Shown here piece by piece: positions 32,869-41,796 of a stretch of 64,000 nucleotides of DNA. This DNA comes from Cyanobacteria bacterium P01_F01_bin.150. GTDB lineage: Bacteria; Cyanobacteriota; Cyanobacteriia; CAKZMO01. The notes beneath the pieces were generated by a model. It searched no databases, was not told the origin of the DNA, and worked only from the letters and a program-made list of their open reading frames with translations. A program made the position numbers and the translations under genes. Numbering within the stretch: the stretch's first letter is position 1; every line of letters begins with the position of its first letter. The DNA lies in assembly GCA_039189765.1 (NCBI GenBank), contig JBCCYL010000005.1:64001-128000 (forward strand), given 5' to 3'.

Positions 32869-33043
32869 ACCCAGCAAATTGGGGACACGATAGTTTGCCC
32901 CAATTGCCTCCCGAAATTGGCGAAGAATAACCATCACGTAGGGTGGATTAGCGATAGCGTAATCCACCGATTCCACTCCCATATAATTAATGGTGCATTA
33001 CGCTCCACGTTGTTACGCTAATGCACCCTACGCGAGGGCGATC
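32869..33043 (+). repeat. ~170-bp direct repeat copy 2 (RAYT 3' fragment plus REP doublet 32937-33032)
   Basis: Encodes PANWGHDSLPQLPPEIGEE*, identical to the RAYT C-terminus, followed by the same REP pair. Confidence 0.9.
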
Positions 33044-33047
33044 ATGT

Positions 33048-35842
33048 CTATTGAATCAACATGTTTTGATTATTTTTCAAGGAAGTCTGATATCTTACTT
33101 GAAGATTAACATAGCGATGCAAAGGAGAATTAGGACCATCATAGGATGAGTCAGGATTAATTACCTTATATTGGTTCGCAAATACTTTAGAACTTTCGAG
33201 CACTCCTAAAGTAAACTGATCCTTATGAGAAATTAATTTCAGCAAAAATTCTTCCTTGACCATTCTTGCTCGTTTTTTTGCAAGATCTATATTTAGATTA
33301 AGTGCTATTTGTTCTTCCTCTGTTGATGAATTTTTCTCAGATATATTCTCACGGAAGCTTAATCCTTTTTGTCGACTGCTTGCCCGTGGAGTTTTCCAAT
33401 CAGATGAAGCTGCCCCTTCTATATTTATATGAAATATATCTCCTGGAAATATCTTCTCATGATGCAACATAGCAACAATGACTTTTTCTAAACATTGATC
33501 ATCCTCTTGGTCTAAAATAAAATCTCCACTCTTAAAGTATATACGTGTGCCAATAAATGGTTGCCAAACATCTGTAGGCTCTTCTAAATTCTTCTTTTCT
33601 GGCTTTTTGAGACCCGTTTTGTTATAAGGAAGACTTACTACAGTAGACAATCCTTGTGTTGTATTAACCTCAGCCTGACCGTATGAACTAGGCACTTTAA
33701 AATTAAAACCTAAGCCAGAAGTAGAAGTATCAAAATCTACATCTCCGAATGATAAACCACTTATAGATTCACCATACCCGGCCGACGCCTCAGCAGATAG
33801 ACCTGAAACCATTTGAGCATTGAAGTAACCGGGAGGATAATACTTATACTCTTGAGCTATTCCAGCATTGATAAAATCAGAACCAAAACTACTTTCAATA
33901 TCTAAAGGTAAGCCAGTACTAGGTCCAGAAAAACCAATTCCTATCTTGAGAGCAGGTACGATTACAGTGATTTTCCAAGACATGCCTATATCATTTTGAT
34001 ATGACACTTCAAACGCTCTAACTGAAGCTCCGACACGAGACGGAGAGAAACGAGACATCAATGGCGTATCCTTCTCTATTCCAATTAGGGTTTTTAACTT
34101 GTACACATGAGGTTTTGGCTTTATGTTAACGCTAGAATAGCGGCTCATAATAATTTCAAGATCTATCAATTCACTACTAAGCCCCTTATGTAAAGTTTGC
34201 ATTTCCTTAAAGAACTGAGGGAAATAGCCTGAATTTAATTGTCTAGCGATCTCCTTCTGAGCTATCTCATGCTCTGCTAAAGATATGTTATGGTCATATG
34301 ACGGACGTTTTCTTGAAAAATGAATATTTTTTTTCGTCGATAAAGATTCTGTGTTCAGAAAATTTATGTACAAACTTTCATAGGATTTCTTTAGCTTTCT
34401 TTGAATCTTACGAACTCGTTGTGTAAGCTTACTATAGGATTCAGGATTGAGTGTACTGTTACTATTGTGCAGGCTCCTTAGTTCACCCCAGCCTTGTATA
34501 GTTGCATGAGCTTTTGCCGCAAACAGATTAATTAAATTTGCCTGAGCATGAGTTAATCGTCTATATTCTGCGTCGTCATAAATGTTAGTTGCTTGTTCTT
34601 CCTTACTACTCTCCTTTTTTTTCATTTTCACAAGGTCTTTTTTTTGCTGCACTACATGAGTCAACTCATGGGCCAATAACTCCTTCCCCCCACTCGACTC
34701 CGGATTATACTTCCCTGAATTGAAATAAATATCCTGTCCATGGGTAAACGCTTGGGCCTGAATCGCATTGGCTAAATCAGGGGTTTCATGCACCCGTACA
34801 TTACTAAAGTCGGTCCCAAAGCGGGGTTCCATAAACGATCGCGCCTCGTCCGATAGCGGTTGACCGCTGCCTTTGTGTTGGGCGAGTTGGTTTTCGAAGT
34901 TGGCGGGAACAACTGGATTTTGGATTTTAGATTTTGGATTTTGGACGGGTTGCTCGTCCTCTGGAGAGAGACGAAGGGTGGATTGATTTTAGATTTTGGA
35001 TTTTGGAGAGACGCAGGTGCTTCCCCTGCTCCCCTGCTCCCCTGCTCCCCTGCTCCCCCTGCTCCTACATCCGGCATCGCCATCACCTGCGCCGCCGTCC
35101 GATCGGCTTCCTGCTCATACTTATCCCCTGGTTGCCCGATGGTGAGTTTGGGTTGAATCATCAAGCGGGGCTGGAGTTCGTCTTCCTTGGACTCGTCGGT
35201 AAAGCGCTTTAGTTCCTCTTCATCCTGCTGGCGTTGGAGAGCGGCCACATTAATGCGGCGATCGAGTTTTTCATCCTCTTCTGGTTGGCGCTGGAGATTT
35301 AGCTCCTCTTCGTCCTGCTGTCGTTGGAGTTGGGCAACATTGATTTTACGATCGAGTTTTTCCTCTTCCTCGGGTTGGCGCTGGAGCTGCATTTTCTCCT
35401 CTTCGTCCTGCTGACGCTGGAGTTGAGCAACGTTGATTTTGCGATGAAGGGGTTCATCTTCCTCTGACTTGGCCTGAATATCTAGAGATTCGTCTTCTTC
35501 CTCCGTTGTGCCTGAAACGGTTTGACGTTGTAGCGGGGAATCTAGCTTGGGGTTTATTTCCTCGTCCTCTTGAGACTGTCTTTGAATTGCAGCACCCAGA
35601 CCAGAGGCTTGCATAAAATGGGCCTGAAGTGCGATCGCCCGTTCCATCGGCATCACCCCACCCGTAGCCATCTCGGGTTCATCGATCCCAAACGAGGCGT
35701 CGCCAAAGGAAGACGAAAAAGAAGAGCCAAAATTGGAGCGGGATTTTTGTTCAGTGCGATCGCCAAAGGATGGCTTGCGGCTCACTTGGGGGGAAGTATG
35801 GGCAGAACGAGCGGCTCTGGTGCGGGCAGTTGGGCGGCTCAT
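33048..35842 (-). pseudogene. Frameshifted DUF4157 effector with C-terminal OmpA-like domain (ORFs 34772-35842 and 33048-34832)
   Basis: The 5' ORF matches the N-terminus of 56678-58774 (MERAIALQAHFM, QPKLTIGQPGDKYEQEAD); the DUF4157 frame is open from about 34988; C-terminus IYFKSG..NIEGAAS..DLAKKRA..HRYV is OmpA-like. Confidence 0.8.
34913..35065. repeat. 7-bp (ATTTTGG) and 8-bp (GCTCCCCT) short tandem repeat tracts at the frameshift site
   Basis: Tracts at about 34914-34944, 34986-35006 and 35019-35065. Confidence 0.85.
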
Positions 35843-36092
35843 GGTGTTGATTCTCCTGGGCAGAGTATGTATCGAACCTCTCTTGGGAAGAGGGGTTAAG
35901 AAAATAAAACAGACGCCATGATTATGATGGATCAGGTCTTAAAAAAACAGGAAAATTAATAACACTTTGAATTCCCAACACATTAAAAAAGCAGCCGTCT
36001 ATTCTATCGACTGCGTCACTATTGCCTGACAGGGGACTGCTGTGGGCAATGTGATAGGGTAATTTCCATAGTCCCCTATCGGAGAAAACAGC

Positions 36093-36947
36093 ATGAAGTT
36101 TGGAGCCATTGCCCTCAGTGGAATCGTTGGATTAGGCATAATGTCCTGGACCGTTTCTGCGATCGCCCATCCTCTTGAACCTGAAGCTGCTGCTGACCAT
36201 TACGCGCAAATTAACTCGGTCTCGATCCCCTTAAATAACGGCAGCACAGATGAAAGTCGCCCTTCGGATAATACCGCAGATATTGCCGCGCAAATACGGA
36301 GAGTGCAGAGCTTGCGGAATGTTTTAGCTCTCGAATATCGAACATTAGACTATCTGGATTTTTTGATCGCAATCGGCGCAATCCTGCCGTCCGAAGCAGA
36401 ACAAAAACAAGATAACGTTCAACAGTTGACCATTGCCCTGGCACAAGCCGAAGTAAGGCTTGCTAACCTACAGCGCACTAATCCACAGTATCAGGGTCGT
36501 CCTATGGATATTTCTGCAACCACTGAGGCGATCGCTTCAGTACCTTATCCCTTACCCAAAATCTATACTATTGAACAATTGGCAGCGGAACTTTCTTCCC
36601 GAACAGAAGCATCTCATAGAATTCAAGCATTGGCAGAAGAAGGCGTATTACCGATGCTACAAGCAGAAAGTCATCATTCCAGTATCCTAGGGTTGGAAAA
36701 CACAATAGCTACAGCCGAAGTTCTTGGCTTGACCAAAGTGGCTATAGGGTCATCATTTAGACTCCATCTAGGACAAAGCTTGTCGCCTGAAGTATTACAA
36801 ACAACCTTGAATATTCAACGCAGTATACTTGACAGACAAGAACTTTTAGTCCGTACAGGAGCTTTACCTAGAGTCGATCTCTTACGTACTGAAGCAGAAT
36901 TCTACTACCTTCACACTCAGTTAGAGGAGTTACGTGGGGTAGATTAG
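36093..36947 (+). CDS. Secreted alpha-helical hypothetical protein
   Basis: GGAG RBS, signal peptide ending AIA-H, three L..GA/VLP helical-hairpin-like motifs; the stop lies inside a REP. Confidence 0.75.
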   Translation: MKFGAIALSGIVGLGIMSWTVSAIAHPLEPEAAADHYAQINSVSIPLNNGSTDESRPSDNTADIAAQIRRVQSLRNVLALEYRTLDYLDFLIAIGAILPSEAEQKQDNVQQLTIALAQAEVRLANLQRTNPQYQGRPMDISATTEAIASVPYPLPKIYTIEQLAAELSSRTEASHRIQALAEEGVLPMLQAESHHSSILGLENTIATAEVLGLTKVAIGSSFRLHLGQSLSPEVLQTTLNIQRSILDRQELLVRTGALPRVDLLRTEAEFYYLHTQLEELRGVD

Positions 36948-37022
36948 CGATCGCATCATCCACATAACCCATCAAATAAAGCAGTGCATTACGCTCCATA
37001 CTTTTACGCTAATGTACCCTAC
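36933..37022. repeat. Degenerate REP doublet
   Basis: CGTGGGGTAGATTAGCGATCGCATCATCCAC..GTGCATTACGCTCCA..TTACGCTAATGTACCCTAC between convergent genes. Confidence 0.75.
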
Positions 37023-37032
37023 TCGCTACTCG

Positions 37033-37527
37033 CTAGTCCGTGGGCCAATGGAAACAATCATCTTCATCAATATAAATACCCATTGAGATAGATGCAAGAT
37101 AATGGGATTCATCTAGATACAGTTCAAGGCCAAAATTAGGTGCCGCAATGTATTCTTCCAAAATATGCTCAGATGTAGGATCGCCAATCACTTCTTCTGA
37201 AAATGGGATACTTTGCTCCTGCAATAGTGCGATTAGGGTAGATTTGCTGGCACCAACCAAGCTTTTGCCGTAAAGTTCAACCCGGTCAAATTGATCGATG
37301 TCGATAGAAGTAAGCTTCTGATCGACTTCAGCATCAAACAAAAAACTAATACCATAGGTAGGATATTCAAGAGTCGTATCCTGTTCTGGGGTTTCTTCGA
37401 TTTCTTTGGGCAATTCCCCAAATAACTGCTCAACTTCCAAAATGGACATACCAAAGCGTATAGAGCCAATCCCTTGTGTTGGGAGAAGAGTGATAGTGTT
37501 GGAAAGACCTTCAACTGCAATATTCAT
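37033..37527 (-). CDS. Acidic hypothetical protein, candidate immunity protein
   Basis: 164 aa with N-terminal LLPTQGIGSIRFGMS..V motif; directly downstream of a small basic ORF. Confidence 0.65.
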   Translation of the reverse strand: MNIAVEGLSNTITLLPTQGIGSIRFGMSILEVEQLFGELPKEIEETPEQDTTLEYPTYGISFLFDAEVDQKLTSIDIDQFDRVELYGKSLVGASKSTLIALLQEQSIPFSEEVIGDPTSEHILEEYIAAPNFGLELYLDESHYLASISMGIYIDEDDCFHWPTD

Positions 37528-37550
37528 AATTCAATTCAGGTAATAATGAA

Positions 37551-37763
37551 TTAGCGATATCCCTGCTCTTTCTGGGCATGATTTTCGGATTTTTCAGATG
37601 CTTTCTTGCGAGCGTGTTTTAGCTGCCGCTTAATTGCGACCTTTTCTTTTTTGGTTGTGGCGTACTTGAGTTCTTCCATTAGCTGATTAACCCGTTCTTG
37701 CCAAGCCTGAGTTCGATCAATATTTTGTTTTCTCCCAGTTTTTCCACCTCCTTGCTGTTCCAT
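37551..37763 (-). CDS. Small basic helical protein, candidate orphan toxin C-terminal domain
   Basis: 70 aa, Lys/Arg-rich, ends SENHAQK; lies between the ATPase and the acidic ORF in one apparent operon. Confidence 0.5.
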   Translation of the reverse strand: MEQQGGGKTGRKQNIDRTQAWQERVNQLMEELKYATTKKEKVAIKRQLKHARKKASEKSENHAQKEQGYR

Positions 37764-37806
37764 ATATTTAGCCTAAACCTATCGTACTGCACCCAAAAAC
37801 TCACAC

Positions 37807-39996
37807 TCACACCCAGCCTCTGATTTCCTCATCCGTCAGTGGCAACTCTAACTTGTGATACTCCCTGCGGGTGGCATCTAGCAAATGATTCATGCGAATT
37901 GGCTCGTTGGCATCTGCAGCAATAAAGGCGGCATTCAAGGCAATATTGCGGATATTTCCCCCAGCCACATTCAGACGGGCTAGCTTTTTGTAGACAATAT
38001 CTTCCGTGGGGGTTTGGGATGGAAACATCCGCTGCCAAATTTCCAAACGCTGGGCCACATCGGGGAAGGGGAACTGGACGATAAAGCGAATGCGGCGCAG
38101 AAATGCGCGATCGATGGCGTCGGGTAGATTAGTGGTAAGAATTGCCAGTCCCCGATAGGACTCCATGCGCTGTAGCAGATAGCTGACCTCAATATTGGCG
38201 TAGCGATCGTGGCTGTCTTTGACCTCATTGCGTTTGCCAAATAGGGCATCGGCCTCATCAAACAGCAGAATTGCGCCCCCGGTTTCCGCCGCATCAAAGA
38301 CCTGACTGAGGTTCTTCTCCGTCTCGCCAATATATTTGCTGATAATGGCACTAAGATCGATTTTATAAAGATCCAGCCTTAGCGCCTCCGCCAGAACTTC
38401 TGCCGCTAGGGTTTTGCCAGTACCGCTAATGCCTGAAAACAGAGCAGTAATGCCCAGGCCCCGATAGCTTTTAGCCGCAAAACCCCATTCTTGATACACC
38501 TTCATCCGCTGTCGCAAATGGGCCACAACATCCCGCAAAATATCCTTCTGGATATCGGGCAAAATCAAATCCTCCCAGGTCGCGGCAGAGTCGATCCGCT
38601 GAGCCAGATGGTCCATGCGGTGGCGAGACTGGATACGACAGTGATGCCAAAGAAATTCGTCAATTTTGGATTTTGGATTTTGGATTTTGGATTTTGGATT
38701 TGACTCCTCTAGCTCCCCTGCTCCCCTGCTCCCCTGCTCCCCTGCTCCCCTGCTCCCCTGCTCCCCCATCTGACTCAAGGCCCCCAGGTAAACTGCCTGA
38801 ATCATATCGGCGTTGAGATTGAACTGACCGACGAGACGTTTGACTTGACCGTTGAGCTGCTCAGCAGGGATGGCGAGAGTGGATTGCCAAACAGCTATTT
38901 GTTCTTGCGTGGAGGGCAAGCGGACATCGATGGTGACAATGGTACGCTGACGAACGGGAGTGTGGGACTTGGATGCCATGCCCGCTTGGAGTTGGCTAAG
39001 GCCCACATCCAAGCGGCGTTGGCTGGGGCTGGAAATCAGCAGAGGGGTGGGAATTTCTGAGAGGAATTGGGAGACGATAAACGCAGTATTAACGGCATTG
39101 CCTTGGGGATCGGTGCCGTCATCGGGCCATTCCAATAGGAGGGCGCTATTGCCGAGGATGGCGTTGCGATGCCAGCGTTGGGCGATCGCATGTAGGTCAT
39201 CATGGTTGCTGGGGAGAGCGGCGATCGCCATGCCACATAAATCCACCCCCACCTGCTGACAGGCGGCTGCCGCAATGGCGCGGCGATCGCTACCATTACC
39301 GCCACATAGCTGCAAAATCGGCAGGGGCTGCTTGGCCCGAAACCAAGTGGAGGTCATACGCTGCACCAAGGTTTGGTGGCTGGGCACCAAAAATGGCGGA
39401 CTGGAGCGGGCTGCGTGGATTAGTTTGCTGCGTCCCTGGAGCGATCGGTCTAAGGCTCCTAGATTGCCGTGGGAGCGTGGTCCTCCCGTTAGCCAAGCCA
39501 GAATGGTTTCATCGATGCGGATGGGACTAGAGGTAAGCGATCGCCCCTGTCCCAGCTCAATCAACTGCCAGCGGCGCAGCGGTGAGGCGACAGATAAAAC
39601 GCTCCAGTCTGGATTAGGCAACGCTCCTAAAGCCAGACTTAAAGTTGGGTAGCATTGCTGGTCGTTGCCGTGGAGGGTGGCAAATAGAGGGGCAAAGGTG
39701 GAATCAAGCTCCATGCCTAGACACAGCAACAAAATATCTTGCTCAAAATTAGAGAGACCAAATTGTTGACAGAGCTGAACTAGGGAGGGAGGTGGGTTGA
39801 GGGTATCGAAGAGGGTCTGGAGATCTTGCTCGATATCTTGGGACGCTTGAGTATTGATGCGCTCAGATCCCAGGGTTCTCAAAGAACCCTGGGATCTTAT
39901 CTCTGGCAGACTTACCTCAGCTTTAGCCAGCAATAGCGCTTTTATTCGTTCTATTTCTAAAGACAGATAGGTTTGGTTGGTCGCCATCCAGTTCAT
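37807..39996 (-). CDS. eCIS AAA+ ATPase (Afp15/Pvc15-like)
   Basis: N-terminal FGLSNFEQDILLLC..SPLRRWQLI; Walker A GISGTGKT; Walker B LLFDEADALFGKR; HDRYANIEVSYLLQRME. Confidence 0.93.
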   Translation of the reverse strand: MNWMATNQTYLSLEIERIKALLLAKAEVSLPEIRSQGSLRTLGSERINTQASQDIEQDLQTLFDTLNPPPSLVQLCQQFGLSNFEQDILLLCLGMELDSTFAPLFATLHGNDQQCYPTLSLALGALPNPDWSVLSVASPLRRWQLIELGQGRSLTSSPIRIDETILAWLTGGPRSHGNLGALDRSLQGRSKLIHAARSSPPFLVPSHQTLVQRMTSTWFRAKQPLPILQLCGGNGSDRRAIAAAACQQVGVDLCGMAIAALPSNHDDLHAIAQRWHRNAILGNSALLLEWPDDGTDPQGNAVNTAFIVSQFLSEIPTPLLISSPSQRRLDVGLSQLQAGMASKSHTPVRQRTIVTIDVRLPSTQEQIAVWQSTLAIPAEQLNGQVKRLVGQFNLNADMIQAVYLGALSQMGEQGSRGAGEQGSRGAGELEESNPKSKIQNPKSKIDEFLWHHCRIQSRHRMDHLAQRIDSAATWEDLILPDIQKDILRDVVAHLRQRMKVYQEWGFAAKSYRGLGITALFSGISGTGKTLAAEVLAEALRLDLYKIDLSAIISKYIGETEKNLSQVFDAAETGGAILLFDEADALFGKRNEVKDSHDRYANIEVSYLLQRMESYRGLAILTTNLPDAIDRAFLRRIRFIVQFPFPDVAQRLEIWQRMFPSQTPTEDIVYKKLARLNVAGGNIRNIALNAAFIAADANEPIRMNHLLDATRREYHKLELPLTDEEIRGWV
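38663..38767. repeat. (ATTTTGG)5 and about (GCTCCCCT)7 tandem repeats inside the ATPase gene
   Basis: Read directly; translated as GEQGSRGAGEQGSRGAGE..NPKSKIQNPKSKI. Confidence 0.9.
39865..39897. repeat. AGATCCCAGGGTTCT palindrome inside the ATPase 5' region
   Basis: 15-bp arms with a 3-nt loop; frame preserved. Confidence 0.8.
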
Positions 39997-40049
39997 AGCA
40001 TTGGGGGGGATAACAGCAAAATGATAGGGATAGAAATAACTGATTTGTT

Positions 40050-41348
40050 TTAATTAAGAGAATCTGCCCTAATCGTTATCATGGGGCCAATATACTGATC
40101 GTGGGTCGGACTTTGTGCATCGGAATCAACCTCTAGGGGGCTTTCTGCACCGCCAATTTGGACCCGGACCAAATGCTCCCCGCCTTTAACTTTATCGAGG
40201 GTAAACGTCAGTTGGTGAGTGGGTTGAGAACGGCGATCGCCTCGCACAATGGTGGTGCCATCTCCGTTACTATCGGCTTCTCCGTTTAGCAACAAGAACA
40301 CCGACTGTTCCGGATCGACCACTACATCGACTCGAACCGTTACCGTGGCCGAACAGTACTGATCGTCGATTTCCTCCACCTGGTCCACCGTAATATCTTG
40401 AGTGCCATAGAGAATCACCGGGCATAACACCAGCGGCATCACATTGGTGGTCACTTGGGCCGTTACCCCAGGTGAAGACTGGGGCTGCTGTAGCTGAAGG
40501 CAGACCCCTTGGACCCCGGCTCGGAGGCGCGATCGCGTTTCGGTCGGTAAAGCCGCCAAGTCAAGTTCAAACTGGGTGTCCGTCGCCACCGTTGGCTCCA
40601 CGCTCACCTCCCCAAATTGAATCCGCCCGCCTGCTGATGTCAACTGTCGTCCGTGAATAATCACATAGCTGTCCAGGGTACAGGGTTCACCCAAGGCACC
40701 CCGCACTTCTACCTTGGTCAGGGCCGCAGATGTAGGCGAGGTATAAAACCGCCGACCCCGCACGGGCAGTGGCGCTTTACCTGGCTTCCGCCCTTGAATC
40801 AGCACCGCAGTTGCTCGATAGGTAAACGATAAAGAGTAGGGAATTTGAAAAAATACCGACCACAAGCGTGATAACTCATCCGTGGTCATTTCATCGGGCA
40901 AAAATTTAACGGATTGCACCTGTTCATCCAGGGTTGACGGAGCTAATTCCGGTAAATTGCTGTTGATGGTGTCTTGAATCATTTCCGATGTCAGTACCGG
41001 ATTATCCACCAAGGTTTGAATGGCACTTCCCAATAATCGCTGGGGTTCCAACCGTTGTTCATTGCCATAAAAGGTCAGAATATAGTTTAAATCCAGCCCC
41101 GCCTGACCATGCTTCGTCATCTCTACTTTGGGCCGACGGGTGCGCAAATCGGCATTGCGCCAAGCCGGGTTGGGAACCGCACTGTACATAAACAAATTAA
41201 TACAAGTGCCAGAAATCGACCCTGAGCCACTGGACGATTCTGGACGCACGGTGGTGACTTGAGTACCGGGGACTTCTCGACTCACCCCGGCCTGGAGCAT
41301 TCGCTTAAATGCGGCAGTAACGGTGGCGATCGCTAAATAATTACTCAT
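40050..41348 (-). CDS. eCIS cap/terminator protein (Pvc16/Afp16, DUF4255)
   Basis: MSNYLAIATVT..INLFMY..NPAWRN..LDLNYILT..DELSRLWS..YSLSFTY; adjacent to the ATPase and divergent from the sheath. Confidence 0.88.
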   Translation of the reverse strand: MSNYLAIATVTAAFKRMLQAGVSREVPGTQVTTVRPESSSGSGSISGTCINLFMYSAVPNPAWRNADLRTRRPKVEMTKHGQAGLDLNYILTFYGNEQRLEPQRLLGSAIQTLVDNPVLTSEMIQDTINSNLPELAPSTLDEQVQSVKFLPDEMTTDELSRLWSVFFQIPYSLSFTYRATAVLIQGRKPGKAPLPVRGRRFYTSPTSAALTKVEVRGALGEPCTLDSYVIIHGRQLTSAGGRIQFGEVSVEPTVATDTQFELDLAALPTETRSRLRAGVQGVCLQLQQPQSSPGVTAQVTTNVMPLVLCPVILYGTQDITVDQVEEIDDQYCSATVTVRVDVVVDPEQSVFLLLNGEADSNGDGTTIVRGDRRSQPTHQLTFTLDKVKGGEHLVRVQIGGAESPLEVDSDAQSPTHDQYIGPMITIRADSLN

Positions 41349-41796
41349 ATGCAATTCTCACTTGCAACGAATTGTCAATCTTCTCCAATCCCTAGCGCCA
41401 ACATGTGTTAAATCGAGCACCATTAAACGATAAGAAATGCAACAGGACAGTACAACATGCTCATGTCCAAACAGCGATATTAAAGAAGACTAGGGGAATA
41501 ATAAAAACTTTCTTGACTAATCATAGAGGAGGTATCAAACTACCTCTAAAATCAGCACATTGGTTTAAGGGTTACTCAAAAAATTTGTTAGATATCCGCG
41601 TAGATCATCGTTAGTTCTTTTGTAGAGCTATTGACGACGTGGGTAACGTTAATCTCATAAAAATCGTAGAGGATGGGTTGTGCTGGCACTCGTTGTTTGG
41701 CATTGTCCTGTGGGTTAAGCCCAACTCTGCATATGTTAATACTCCTGATCAATTCTGACCCTCTAGCCCTCCATAAGGAAATAGGAGAAGTTGAGT

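Noticed and set aside
32739..32930. 63-aa ORF ending like RAYT
   Set aside because: Chimera of HIP1/STRR sequence and the duplicated RAYT 3' end
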